Of a stretch of 52,608 nucleotides of DNA, positions 25,317 to 36,007 are shown one piece after another. Every line of letters starts with the position of its first letter. The first letter of the stretch is position 1. Source of the stretch: a virus. Taxonomy: Duplodnaviria > Caudoviricetes. The notes under the pieces are model-generated. The model had not been told where the DNA came from and ran no database searches. It saw only the letters and a program-made list of their open reading frames with translations. The DNA lies in IMG/VR virus record IMGVR_UViG_3300027896_000058, positions 1-52,608 of that record; one strand, 5' to 3'. The translations under genes were made by a program, and so were the position numbers.

Positions 25317-28300
25317 TACTCAAAATCCCCCGTTGCTTTCTCTTGATCTGGGCCTTGAACTTGTTGAGAGCCTGTACCTCTTCCTGATTCGGTTGCACAC
25401 TCTCGGATGCTTTCTTGAAGATGTCAATAACCTGCTTTGCTTTCTCTGGCGTGAACTTCTGACCAGATGTTTCCATGCGTGTCTGCATCGACTTGATTGC
25501 CTGAGCAACTCCCTTATTCAACCGGATGATTGCTTCGGCTTCATGTTGCATCTCTTTCTGATCGCCACTGTTCATGGCTTTGTAAAACTTAAGGTATGAC
25601 TTTGTGAGAGCGCCGTTGGTTGCCCGGTCCATTGCCTCTTTGACATCAATACCGTTTGCATAGGCGGCCTGAATCACATCACCCATGAGTTGATCGAGCC
25701 GGCCGGTATAGTTGGGCATGCCTTTAAGTTGAGCAGCCGTCCCCCGATTAGCGTATGTTGAGAGTACATCCTCCATTTGATTGAGTGTAGTACCTAACGA
25801 TGCACCTCGGGAGGCGGTTGCAAACCATCCAATAGGCTTGTCGGTTAACGCATTGAGAACCCACATAGGTATTCCTTTCTGCGCTACATAGCCAAGTCTT
25901 GACTCAAGGAACTTACCGTCATGTTCAAACAATCCAAGCAATCCGTCTTTTGCAAATGGAAGAGCAAATCCACTGGTCGATGTACCTGTCACCTGTTCGT
26001 AGACAGTGTGAATTGCCATGCTGGATTTGTTCATTGCAGTTGTGATCGGCTCTGTGAACCATCCACCAACTTCGTAAGCCTGTTTACCCCATCTCATGTA
26101 CACGCGACGCTTGCCGGTGTCTCCACCCTCATAGCCAGGCAGATGACGAAGAAGCGGGGTGACGTCGATGCTCATCTTCTTGCCTACTTCATTCTGGAAG
26201 TTGAACAGTTGATCACCTTCTTCCTTCTTGCCGAACGCGGCATAGATGGAAGCTTGTATTGCATTCGGAAGTCCAAGCAGGAAGATCCCGGCCATTGCCG
26301 GCCAGTACTTCTTTCCAAGAACCTGCGCCTCAGTGCCAGACATTTCAGATCCAAGGAACTGCTTAACTCCAGGAAGCTGAGTAATACCTGCCGCTTCAGC
26401 AACAGATAGAGTCCAGTCAGGAGCAAACATGAGAGCATGAAGCATCTGCTTTGAATGAGGAGTAGCCCACATATACTTCTCCATCTCAAGTCCGCCGAGT
26501 GCTTTGTTGGTGAGCGCGGCAACATTCTCCCGAATAACTTTGTCGTCGAAATGAAGTTGCTTCCGAGTCATTGCATCCTTTGCCTTACCATAAGCATCTT
26601 CATACATCATGAGCTTAAGAGTCGGGTGCATATTGTTCCAAAGGAAATTATCCCATCTCTTCTTGAAGTCAAATACACGTTGACCTACATCCCCGAACGT
26701 AGACTTGAACGAGCTGTCGCTTTCCTTGAGTCTGTCGATTGCAGACTGAACAAGCTTGTCGGTTGCACCAGCATTGATATTCGGATCTGAGTGATGAATC
26801 TGAAGTCCAGACTCGATTGCCCGAGACATGATCTCAGGATCTTCATTGTAACGCTTGTTCGCGGCTCTGTAATCTTCAAGGAACTTGACCGGATGGAAGA
26901 GAGGATTCTTAAAAGAGAGTCCGTGATATGAAAGATAATTCTCCATCAGGGAGAACGGATGAAATGCAGAACCGAAGAGTATGGACTGCTTGGCGAAAGA
27001 GTTATAGTTCTCAATGCCTTTCATCCAGTCACGCCCACCGAACGGACGCCACTCCATCTTCGAGTCGAGAAGCATCTTCATTGTGTTCTCGCCTTCTCGA
27101 CCTGGCATGACATAGAACTTCTCAATTGAATCGAACGGAGAAGCCATCTCTGTGTAGCCAAGCTTCTTCATCTCGGATGCAGGAAGAAGACCGTCTTTGT
27201 CCAGCTCGATGAGTTCACCTTCTCTAGATGCTTTAACTGCATCGTTATTGTTCTTCACATACTCAGCAAGGTTGAGCTTCATCTGCTTGAGCGAACTGTC
27301 TTCGATGATCTTGTCACCCTTGTTACGGGGATTCTCGATTGCAACAACGCTCGGAGTCCCGTCGAGGTTCCTTACTCCAACTGCAGAGTTTAGGAACAGT
27401 TTGCGGAACTTGTTCTTGTAAACCTTCTCTCCCCACATCTTGTAAAGTTGTGCAGCGTTCTGAGTGATCGGCATTAGCCCGTACTTCGCGGCCTCTTCGT
27501 ATGTCGGGATCTTACGAGTCTTTGAACGTGCGGTCTCTTCTACGAATCGCTTTGAGAACGTGGCGAACTCTTCCGGAGTCTGATCGGCAGAACGTCGGTA
27601 CTCGTGATTAACGTACTCATTCAGATACTTGATGTACTCTTTCTGTGTAAGCTTCTGTACATCTTCGTTCACAGTTGTTCTTGATTCATCGTATGCACTG
27701 CGAATGTTAGCCATGAACTCTTCTGCTGTCTGCTGACCTTTGAGTTTGCCGGCATTCCAGTCTGCCATTGCTTGCTTGGCATCATCTCCAATCGGATCCT
27801 CGAATACACGTCTTCCGGTTGGACTTACTCCGGCATACTTGCCACGCTTGCGAACGATCATGTTTGATCCTTCGAGCTGGGCGCCTACTGCTTCGAGCAT
27901 CTTGTTTGCAAGATCTCTTTGGGCTGGAGTCATATCCTTGAAGAACTTGGAGTCAGGAGATATGCCTGCCTCGCGCATCCACTTGTTGAACTGCATGATA
28001 GCGGAGTTGAGGCTTGCCTTGTAGTCACGGTGGAGATCGAGGAACCGTTCGTGAAGTCCTTCGGCTCCATTGAACATCCACGGAGCAATCTCTTTCAGAT
28101 CGTCGGCCGCATTCAAGGAAGCGTTGGCAGTGAAGTTGAGCTCGTCTTGAACCTGCTTCACTCCGTCAGCAGTCCTGAGCATGTTTGCGCGCTGGTCGAT
28201 GTTTGAGTCCTGTCGATCAATGGAGGATTCAAATGCTTCCTTAGATCTGACTGCGAGCTCAGAGAGTTGCTTTGAAGTATATCCAGGGAACTTGTCTCTA

Positions 28301-31300
28301 AGCTCCTGCACGTTGACAAGCTTGCCGCCGGTACGAACAACCATGTCGTGAAGTTCGTCTAGCTTGGAGGAGTCGAGCTTCTCAAAGTCTTTTCCGAGGA
28401 TCTCGCGGTAAGTGTTGCGACGTGATTCGGAAAGACCTGCTTCTGCTTTGAGAGACATGGTTGCTTCCGAGGATGTATCCTGTGCTGCCTTATATGCTGC
28501 ATCCATTGTGTCCAGAAGTCTTTCGCTGGACATCTTCGGCAGGATCTCTTTGATCGACTGGAAGGAATTACGCATGTCGTTTTTTCCAACATAGTCTCTC
28601 ATCGCTTCAGACTGAACCACGGTCAAAGGTCCGGCCGCAGACTCCACCGCAGTCTTGAACTTGACGATCTCAGGGCTCCCAGAGGCAGGAGTACCCTCTC
28701 CAAACCTTGCTTTCAGCTCCGGTTCCTCACGAGTTGGCATGCCCTTCTCGCCTTCAGGAAGGCCTCCAGTTGCCTCTAGGACTGGCGATTCCTCCTCGAC
28801 CAGTGTCTTCATACGGTTTTCGTGCATTGACAAGCCCTTGGGCCCTATAGCGGCCTTGATGACCTGCATGAACTCAGGAAAGCCTTTGCCTCCCACCCCT
28901 ACAGTCTCACCTGTCTTGCTCTTTCCCATCACATCATTCGCATGAATGATAATCTTTGAAGCTCCTGCATCGATCATCTGATCCCGAACCTTGAGAGCCA
29001 GAGCGTCCAGCTCGTTCTTGCTCATGTAGGCCAGCTCCTCCGCAAAGAGAACCGTTGCCGTGTGTCCGTGAGCGTCGGAGATCTTCGTGTCTTCTATCGA
29101 GGTGTCGAGCTGGGTCAGAGTCTTGTCGAAGTTCTTGTCTTCAGGAGCAATGACCTGCTTGTATTCAACCATGCCGGTTTCCGGATCCACTTTCCTCACG
29201 ATCCTTGTATCGAATGGATTCTGGATCTTCATCTCCAGGGGGACGAAGGTTCCTGTCTTTGAAGCATGGAGAAGACGCTGAGCCATGAGTCCATGCAAAT
29301 AGTCGGAGTCATAGTTCATGAGAATGATCATGTGAGAAGGACCACCTTCTGCAGACAACACTGTCTTCATCATATCTTCTGCGATCTGGAAAGGTTTTCC
29401 TTCTGACATGGCAACAACCTTGCGCTTGTCTTCTGGAGACAGAGCTGCTTCAGCATCCTTCCATCTCTGGATGAAATCAACCCTTGCAGGTCCAGGTTTC
29501 CTGAGATCTGGATTGCGAATGAGTTCTTCGACGAACGATTCAAGAGCAGGAGGAACTGAAGGAGGCTTGCCAAGCTTCATCTTCTTGCCAATGCTTTCAC
29601 TCTGAGAAGTAGCGTCTATGATCGTAGCGCCTTTGAGATGATCTCTCAATCCGTAGAACACTGCGTCTTGAACTGCAGAATCTCCAGACACAACAACCTG
29701 CTTGATCTGAGACTTGTGAGTCTTGTCACCTTCCAGCGGAACAGTCGGATCCAGTCTCTTCTGGTCTTCCCAATTCCTTTTCGGGATACCATGCTCATAG
29801 TCCTGCAACTGTCGTGCTGATATTTCTTCGCTACCTTCAGAGGCAAGTTTCTTTTCCATCTCGGTAACGTCATCAGTGATCGCTCCAGGAATCAATTCTT
29901 CTGCAGCTATCTCTTCGGCTGGAACTATGCCAGGAACTTTCTCCACATCAGCAGCTCGAACTTCTTCAGACTTGAGCACAGACTTGACTGAAGGAACCTC
30001 GGTCTTGTTCCTTCCAATCGTAACCATCTTCTCTTTCGACTCTTCAAGGAACCGATCATAAGCAGAATGGAATCTTGACTCGATGGCAGAGAACTTCTCA
30101 ACCCAATCCGCAACCGAAGGTATAGGAGCCGTCTGCTTCCAAGGCATGACGATTGCATCCTTGGCTTTGATCATTTCCTCTTCGTATGCTTGCCATTCTT
30201 TGACTGAAGCATTCTCGTCCGGAGCTTTTGGAACGAACTCAGGATCTCGAATCCAAACCTGAGGAGAAGGTTCATCTGCCTTCGGAATGTAATCGAGTTC
30301 CACATTGGCCGCTACTTTTGCCATCGAAGGAACCTTATCGACCTTGCGCTTTGATTCCCAATACGCCTGCTTCGCAAGACGCTCGATCAACTCTTCCTTT
30401 GTATCAGGCTTATCAGGAGCAAGATCTTCGGGTCGCGCTGCCTTCTTGTGCATCGGAGAGATCATTCCCACCAGACGGTCAAGACGTTCAGCAAATCGCG
30501 CAATAGTGTTTCCTGCAAGACTCTGATCCTCTTTCGAGAATGTGTTGATTACATCTTCTGTCGAATGAGTCTCTTTGAATGCTTCAGGAGTTTGTGTATC
30601 AACCGCTTCTTCAGACACAGGAGCGATAGCATTAACGTGAGTCTTGTAGACTCCTTTGAGAACTTCTTCTACGTGGCCAGGTTGTTCACCTTCTTCTCGA
30701 AGCTTGGCGAAGTATGCTCGATTATATTCTGACTTTGTAATGTCTCCACGCTCCACTGCCGCATTTAGATCCGCCATATGCTTTGCGGCATTCATGGAAA
30801 ATGTAACCGAAGGCTCCATGTCGCGAAGCTCTCGCATCTTGTTCGTGAATGCGTCCTTGTTCACTTGATACCTGAGATCCTGCTGGGAGAGTTTGTACAA
30901 CTCCAGCATCTTCTCTTTTGCGGTATGCTTATAAACATTGTCCATTACGATTGAACGAATTCTTTCAGTTCCACCCTCCATAGGATTGTTGATGAGAGTG
31001 ATGATCTCAGTCTCTCCGGGACCATACTCAACTTTGCGCTGGTTTGGAGAATCATCAAGGATCTTCCAGATGTCTTCACCAATGACACTGTGCATATATT
31101 CAACAACGTCACGACCTGGCTTGAGGCCCAATGCGTCAAGGTTCGCGAACGCATCATTGTTTGAACTCTGGGGATGTTGTCCAAGGTTGTTGAAGACGAG
31201 AGACTTCATCATGCGCTCGAAGTCGCTATGACCGAGGATAGTTTTGAGCTTCTCTATGACTGCAGGATCCGTTTCTGCTGTACCTTTGGACGTCTTTACC

Positions 31301-33174
31301 TTTGCCTTGAGCTGTTCGATAACCTCATTCGGAGTCAGGTTGGAGGAGTCGATTCCATTTTCCTTTGCAATACGTTCCATGTTCTTTGAAACGAATGCAG
31401 GTACTCCATCTCCAAGAGAGTCCAGCAAATCAATCGCATCTTTGGTGACGCCAGTCTTTATATCTTTCCCGTTGATCCGGTCTTCCATCATCTTGCGAGT
31501 ACGGTCAAGATAGTCCCTGCCGGCGCCAGTGAACTCCTGTCCCATGTTCGCCTTGTAAGGAAGTTCAAGGCCGTCCTCAACTAGATCCTGTAATCTGGTT
31601 TCCTTGTTGAGAATCAAGGTTCCTTTGTCATTCACTGCGCCAAGATTGGCGATGATCTTTCCGTTCTTCAGAATTGCACTTGCAGGAAACTTGTAACCCT
31701 TAGCAGCAAAGTCTTCTGGAGTTCCAGTGTACAGAGTCTTCGGCCCGTACTTGACTCCGGCTCCAGGAACGCTGAACTCAGGTTGAGCCATGAGTCCTTT
31801 GAGCTTTGCCATCATCTTTACTGCTTCATCATCTCCTGCAGCTGTGAACAATTTCCTGAAGTCATCAAGCTTCTCGATGTGCTGAGGCTGAATATCACCA
31901 GAGGATATTGTCTCCATGTTCTTGATGTCAGTGAAGAGATTGAGTCCACCCTTGGCAGATGCCTGCTTAATATCTTCATCGGTAAAGAATCGTTTATCAG
32001 AAACGTAAACTTCTGGACCTTCGAAGTGGAAGGACTTTGGATCCTTCGCGTATTCGTCGTTGAGGGTTTTTGCCGTTGCTTCGTCTGGAGTTATGCCGAC
32101 ACCGTATTCATCTCTGATATGTTTCTTGATGTCATCGAACTGCTTCTGAGGATCTTCAGTTTCCGAGAATCTTTGGCGAATACCTTTGAGCGCTGTTCTC
32201 TTGAGGAGATCGTCAACGGTCATGCTGTTGTCAGATCCAAGTATCTTCTCTATTGCAGACTGAAGAGGATTTCCTTTCGATGCTTCCTTCTCTTTCTGCA
32301 AAGACTCTTGAAGATCACGAACCGTCTTGTTGAGTTGTTCGTCTGTCTTGAATCGTGTCTCTGCATCTGCAACCTTGTCGAAGTTCTGGGAGCCAGTGAA
32401 CATGTCCGGAGCACCGCGAAGTTGCTTCATGTACTCAGGGTTATTGAGAAGCAATCCAGAAAGCATTGACTCCATCAGAAGCACTGGCTTGAATCCATCA
32501 CCCTGTTCGATCTGGTTATCTATTTCAGACTTGGCTTGAGTCCCTACACCGAAAGAGATTCCGACAAGATTATGAAGTTGTGCCTTTCCCTCTGCAGTTG
32601 CGGCAAGTTCTAGAACTCCTTTAGTTCCATCTTTGATGATTGTGTCTTTAAGAGTTCCTGCAAACTTGTATGCTTCAAGAGGAGCTTTAACTCCCACTCC
32701 GAATGATAATGCACTACCGAGAAAGTCTCCGAGCATTGCTCCTTGCCGATGTCCTTGAACAAGTTGCTTTTGTTCTTCTTCGTACTTGGAGAGTGTGTCT
32801 TCTCCCAGGATGCCGGATATTGCAGTGTCTCTTAACTTGTCAGCTCCCCATCCACCGATGAACCCACCAACAAGCCCGCCGACAAACTCACTGCCGGCAA
32901 CTATCAAAGGATTGAACGGAGCGGCGGCTCCTGCTGTAGCAACATCTGCTATTCCAGATATTCCTGCTCCGAAAGCAGTTCCGACCATAGATCCTAAAGA
33001 TGAACCTATGAGAAATCCGGCACTTGAAGGAGCCGCATGTATTGCAGTCTTTACTACAGTAGTACCAAATCCAGCCTCTGAATCTCCAAGAACCTTAAAG
33101 TCATCTTGCTGAGGAGTTGAATCACCTAGAACCTTGAACCCGGAATCTTCCGAATCAGAAAGCCCAAAAGCCAT
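25309..33174 (-). CDS. giant internal virion/ejection protein (2621 aa)
   Basis: Last and largest of three genes after the tail genes; N-terminal Gly/Ala-rich hydrophobic helices; helical body; LMFAPDW near the C-terminus. Confidence 0.7.
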   Translation of the reverse strand: MAFGLSDSEDSGFKVLGDSTPQQDDFKVLGDSEAGFGTTVVKTAIHAAPSSAGFLIGSSLGSMVGTAFGAGISGIADVATAGAAAPFNPLIVAGSEFVGGLVGGFIGGWGADKLRDTAISGILGEDTLSKYEEEQKQLVQGHRQGAMLGDFLGSALSFGVGVKAPLEAYKFAGTLKDTIIKDGTKGVLELAATAEGKAQLHNLVGISFGVGTQAKSEIDNQIEQGDGFKPVLLMESMLSGLLLNNPEYMKQLRGAPDMFTGSQNFDKVADAETRFKTDEQLNKTVRDLQESLQKEKEASKGNPLQSAIEKILGSDNSMTVDDLLKRTALKGIRQRFSETEDPQKQFDDIKKHIRDEYGVGITPDEATAKTLNDEYAKDPKSFHFEGPEVYVSDKRFFTDEDIKQASAKGGLNLFTDIKNMETISSGDIQPQHIEKLDDFRKLFTAAGDDEAVKMMAKLKGLMAQPEFSVPGAGVKYGPKTLYTGTPEDFAAKGYKFPASAILKNGKIIANLGAVNDKGTLILNKETRLQDLVEDGLELPYKANMGQEFTGAGRDYLDRTRKMMEDRINGKDIKTGVTKDAIDLLDSLGDGVPAFVSKNMERIAKENGIDSSNLTPNEVIEQLKAKVKTSKGTAETDPAVIEKLKTILGHSDFERMMKSLVFNNLGQHPQSSNNDAFANLDALGLKPGRDVVEYMHSVIGEDIWKILDDSPNQRKVEYGPGETEIITLINNPMEGGTERIRSIVMDNVYKHTAKEKMLELYKLSQQDLRYQVNKDAFTNKMRELRDMEPSVTFSMNAAKHMADLNAAVERGDITKSEYNRAYFAKLREEGEQPGHVEEVLKGVYKTHVNAIAPVSEEAVDTQTPEAFKETHSTEDVINTFSKEDQSLAGNTIARFAERLDRLVGMISPMHKKAARPEDLAPDKPDTKEELIERLAKQAYWESKRKVDKVPSMAKVAANVELDYIPKADEPSPQVWIRDPEFVPKAPDENASVKEWQAYEEEMIKAKDAIVMPWKQTAPIPSVADWVEKFSAIESRFHSAYDRFLEESKEKMVTIGRNKTEVPSVKSVLKSEEVRAADVEKVPGIVPAEEIAAEELIPGAITDDVTEMEKKLASEGSEEISARQLQDYEHGIPKRNWEDQKRLDPTVPLEGDKTHKSQIKQVVVSGDSAVQDAVFYGLRDHLKGATIIDATSQSESIGKKMKLGKPPSVPPALESFVEELIRNPDLRKPGPARVDFIQRWKDAEAALSPEDKRKVVAMSEGKPFQIAEDMMKTVLSAEGGPSHMIILMNYDSDYLHGLMAQRLLHASKTGTFVPLEMKIQNPFDTRIVRKVDPETGMVEYKQVIAPEDKNFDKTLTQLDTSIEDTKISDAHGHTATVLFAEELAYMSKNELDALALKVRDQMIDAGASKIIIHANDVMGKSKTGETVGVGGKGFPEFMQVIKAAIGPKGLSMHENRMKTLVEEESPVLEATGGLPEGEKGMPTREEPELKARFGEGTPASGSPEIVKFKTAVESAAGPLTVVQSEAMRDYVGKNDMRNSFQSIKEILPKMSSERLLDTMDAAYKAAQDTSSEATMSLKAEAGLSESRRNTYREILGKDFEKLDSSKLDELHDMVVRTGGKLVNVQELRDKFPGYTSKQLSELAVRSKEAFESSIDRQDSNIDQRANMLRTADGVKQVQDELNFTANASLNAADDLKEIAPWMFNGAEGLHERFLDLHRDYKASLNSAIMQFNKWMREAGISPDSKFFKDMTPAQRDLANKMLEAVGAQLEGSNMIVRKRGKYAGVSPTGRRVFEDPIGDDAKQAMADWNAGKLKGQQTAEEFMANIRSAYDESRTTVNEDVQKLTQKEYIKYLNEYVNHEYRRSADQTPEEFATFSKRFVEETARSKTRKIPTYEEAAKYGLMPITQNAAQLYKMWGEKVYKNKFRKLFLNSAVGVRNLDGTPSVVAIENPRNKGDKIIEDSSLKQMKLNLAEYVKNNNDAVKASREGELIELDKDGLLPASEMKKLGYTEMASPFDSIEKFYVMPGREGENTMKMLLDSKMEWRPFGGRDWMKGIENYNSFAKQSILFGSAFHPFSLMENYLSYHGLSFKNPLFHPVKFLEDYRAANKRYNEDPEIMSRAIESGLQIHHSDPNINAGATDKLVQSAIDRLKESDSSFKSTFGDVGQRVFDFKKRWDNFLWNNMHPTLKLMMYEDAYGKAKDAMTRKQLHFDDKVIRENVAALTNKALGGLEMEKYMWATPHSKQMLHALMFAPDWTLSVAEAAGITQLPGVKQFLGSEMSGTEAQVLGKKYWPAMAGIFLLGLPNAIQASIYAAFGKKEEGDQLFNFQNEVGKKMSIDVTPLLRHLPGYEGGDTGKRRVYMRWGKQAYEVGGWFTEPITTAMNKSSMAIHTVYEQVTGTSTSGFALPFAKDGLLGLFEHDGKFLESRLGYVAQKGIPMWVLNALTDKPIGWFATASRGASLGTTLNQMEDVLSTYANRGTAAQLKGMPNYTGRLDQLMGDVIQAAYANGIDVKEAMDRATNGALTKSYLKFYKAMNSGDQKEMQHEAEAIIRLNKGVAQAIKSMQTRMETSGQKFTPEKAKQVIDIFKKASESVQPNQEEVQALNKFKAQIKRKQRGILSNE

Positions 33175-33181
33175 GTATCAC

Positions 33182-34732
33182 CTACCTTGGTTGACCGTTT
33201 GCATCTGTATTGATTATGGATCCATCAGCAAGTTGTATGCGCTTATTCGCAGGATAAGTCCTGCTTGTTGTCTTCTTCTTTATTCCGCCAGTCAAAGGAT
33301 CTGTCGTTTCTTCAGTTGTCTGATAATCTTGCGGACCCATCTTTCCAGTACGCATCATTATCTGATTCTGAATTACACGAGCTGCGGCCTCAAACCTTTG
33401 CTTTTTATTTTCAGCGGCCTGAAGCTTTGTCTCTCTTGGAAGTCTTGTTATGTTTGACTCTCCGTAGATGGCTTGATCTATCTCGTCCTTCACTGCTTTG
33501 GATATTCGTTCAGCATCTTGCGGAGCAGTGTGAAGCTCAGTCGAAAACTTCTTTAATTTGGAAACGAACTTAGGATCATTCACAGCTTTGAGAGCTGACT
33601 TAACCTTGCCTTCGTCTCCTTTTACTTTCTGAGCAAAATCATCAAGACGAGTTTCGATCTCTTTGCTCATGATCTTGAACTCTTGAGGAGGAAACTTGTC
33701 TTGAATCTTTTCAGAAACAGCACTAGAAACTTTGCCTAGCCCTTCCGATACGGCTCCAGCAATATTAGATACTGCTTTCATAGCTCTAGGAATCTTTGAT
33801 ACTGCCCATACCGTGGCGTTAATCGGAGCCACTGAGCTTCTCCCAAGAACTTCAACTCCAGTATCTATTGCGTTCATCATTATGTCGCCATAGTACTGAG
33901 ACTTTTCAAGAGGAGTTGCATCAGCAGCCAAAGAGTATCCGACACTATCAGGAATCTTTGAGATCTCTTTTCCCAAAAGAACTTTGCTTACTTCGTCCGG
34001 TCTGTATATCGCAAGACTATCAAACCAAGAATTAACTTCTTGAGGACTGGTCTTTGTCTTTGCAATTTCCTTCAATGACATTCCGCCGAGAGTCGGATCA
34101 GGATCATTTGCAGTTCCTGATACATGAATGTCGGCAGTATCTACAGTGACTCCATCTGCTTGAGTCATCAGATCTGCATACTGTTTTCTCAGTCCGACAA
34201 GTTGCTTGTAGTCTTCAGTCTTTGTTTTGAGTTCTTCTGTCGAAGCTTTCTGATGATCTATACCTGCCAGTTCCTTCTGTTTATCAAGTTCCATCCTCAT
34301 CTTCACTTGCTCTGGAGCGTTGATAAGTTTGTTCATCTCGTTGGTCTTAACCAATGCGTCAGTCTCTGCTTTAGCTTTAGCAACGTTAAGAGGAGCAATC
34401 ATATCTTCGAGTTGACTCTTGTGCTGGATCTCTTCAATGCGAGCTGCAGATTCCTGCGCTTGAGTCTGAGCATTCATTCTATCAAGACCAAGTCTTTCTT
34501 GACTGATCTGAAGATTTTCATGGAACTGCTGTTCCTTAATGGCAGCATCATGCTTCTCGATCTCAAGCTTGGATCGGTTCATCGCAATGTTCTCGTTGGA
34601 AGCTTTGACCTGCTGTCCTTGCGCCATTGCCGCGATCAGATCCACCGGCTTGTAATTCTCTGCCGCTTGCATTGCCGTCCGGCCAACGCCAGCGTAATCA
34701 GGTCCACCAACATGTGATTCATATACTGCCAT
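33182..34732 (-). CDS. putative ejection protein
   Basis: 516 aa, coiled-coil; position in the podophage core-protein cluster. Confidence 0.6.
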   Translation of the reverse strand: MAVYESHVGGPDYAGVGRTAMQAAENYKPVDLIAAMAQGQQVKASNENIAMNRSKLEIEKHDAAIKEQQFHENLQISQERLGLDRMNAQTQAQESAARIEEIQHKSQLEDMIAPLNVAKAKAETDALVKTNEMNKLINAPEQVKMRMELDKQKELAGIDHQKASTEELKTKTEDYKQLVGLRKQYADLMTQADGVTVDTADIHVSGTANDPDPTLGGMSLKEIAKTKTSPQEVNSWFDSLAIYRPDEVSKVLLGKEISKIPDSVGYSLAADATPLEKSQYYGDIMMNAIDTGVEVLGRSSVAPINATVWAVSKIPRAMKAVSNIAGAVSEGLGKVSSAVSEKIQDKFPPQEFKIMSKEIETRLDDFAQKVKGDEGKVKSALKAVNDPKFVSKLKKFSTELHTAPQDAERISKAVKDEIDQAIYGESNITRLPRETKLQAAENKKQRFEAAARVIQNQIMMRTGKMGPQDYQTTEETTDPLTGGIKKKTTSRTYPANKRIQLADGSIINTDANGQPR

Positions 34733-34743
34733 AGCACACCTCT

Positions 34744-35760
34744 TTAGTAAGACATCCCGGGGTTTAATCTCTGCGCGTTAGCCATTGCCGCGGCCGATCC
34801 TGAAGCCGAGTCATTGCCTCCTCCGCCATATCCAAACGAGGAAGCAGATCCAGATCCTGAAGCATTTGTGAATGCAGCGATCATCCGTTCATTCGACGAG
34901 TCCTTCTCGCTCTGCAGGGCAAGCGCACTTGCCTGCTGTTGCTTCATCAAGGATTTCTGTTGATTCAAGCTCCATACTTCAAACTGGCGGTTCAGGTTAG
35001 ACAGCTCTTTATCCCACGACAACGATGAATCATACTTGTACTTGTCCAGTGCAGTCTGAGCCGCACGAAGTCCAAGTTCTGAAGACTGGATAGCGAGTTG
35101 AGACTGCTTGATCCCGAGATCCGCATAGAACTGAGAGTTCTGGACCCCCATCTCATCGTACTTCTGCATGAGGCTGGCACGCTGGAGATCTGCCTGCTGA
35201 GAAGCATTGTACAAGGATGCCGCGTCAACTGTCGGAGCAACGTACTTTGAAGCGATATTCAGCACATTCTCAAGACCTGTCCTGCCTTGAATCATCATAT
35301 CAAGCGAGGTCTTGCCAATGTCACGAGCCCCACGGTTCGCCGCTATGCCACCGAACAGTCCACCTTGAATGTTCTTCTGGGCGGCAGACATGTTGATCTG
35401 TTCCTGTACGTCCTTTGGCAAGGCGCCTGTCAGCATCTCCTGCGCGTTGGCAGTGAGTCCTGCAATGATCTGGTCATATCCAGGGATCGCGGCCTTTACG
35501 TTGGCAGTGAATGCGTCAGTGGTCTGCTTCTGCAATGCTCCTGCAACTGCAGTCGTGCGAGCCATGAGATCGGCAGTGCTCGGCATTGCCGGCATCGTAG
35601 GGACAACGGCAGGGGTTATCGAACCAGATGCTCCACTGGATGAAATAGAAGTAGTTGTGCCAACTGCTTTGAGAGCTTGGCTAAGACCCTCATTGAATAC
35701 CGACATGGGATCAGACGAGCCGGTTGATGCAGATCCGGATACTGCGCTTGGTGTAGCCAT
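34744..35760 (-). CDS. putative ejection/pilot protein
   Basis: 338 aa, Ala/Ser/Gly/Gln-rich. Confidence 0.6.
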   Translation of the reverse strand: MATPSAVSGSASTGSSDPMSVFNEGLSQALKAVGTTTSISSSGASGSITPAVVPTMPAMPSTADLMARTTAVAGALQKQTTDAFTANVKAAIPGYDQIIAGLTANAQEMLTGALPKDVQEQINMSAAQKNIQGGLFGGIAANRGARDIGKTSLDMMIQGRTGLENVLNIASKYVAPTVDAASLYNASQQADLQRASLMQKYDEMGVQNSQFYADLGIKQSQLAIQSSELGLRAAQTALDKYKYDSSLSWDKELSNLNRQFEVWSLNQQKSLMKQQQASALALQSEKDSSNERMIAAFTNASGSGSASSFGYGGGGNDSASGSAAAMANAQRLNPGMSY

Positions 35761-35761
35761 A

Positions 35762-36007
35762 TTAACCTCCGAGCCTTTCGTTCATAAATTTCATAGCCTT
35801 CATTGTGCTTGAGTTCTTCACTGTGTTCGCGTTCATGATCGAAGGCTTTGCTTGCCCGATCTTATTGCCCAGGCCGGCAGACATCATTGACGGAGATGTA
35901 TCGCCGAACATCGACATGCTTGGCTTGGGAGTTGAAATGAACTGAAGCTCAGGATGCTGTTTGACCATCCTTGCGACTGCCGAGCTTTTGAAGTCCATCA
36001 TTCTCAT
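35762..36007 (-). CDS. small hypothetical protein
   Basis: ATGA-coupled; Met/Ser-rich. Confidence 0.6.
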   Translation of the reverse strand: MRMMDFKSSAVARMVKQHPELQFISTPKPSMSMFGDTSPSMMSAGLGNKIGQAKPSIMNANTVKNSSTMKAMKFMNERLGG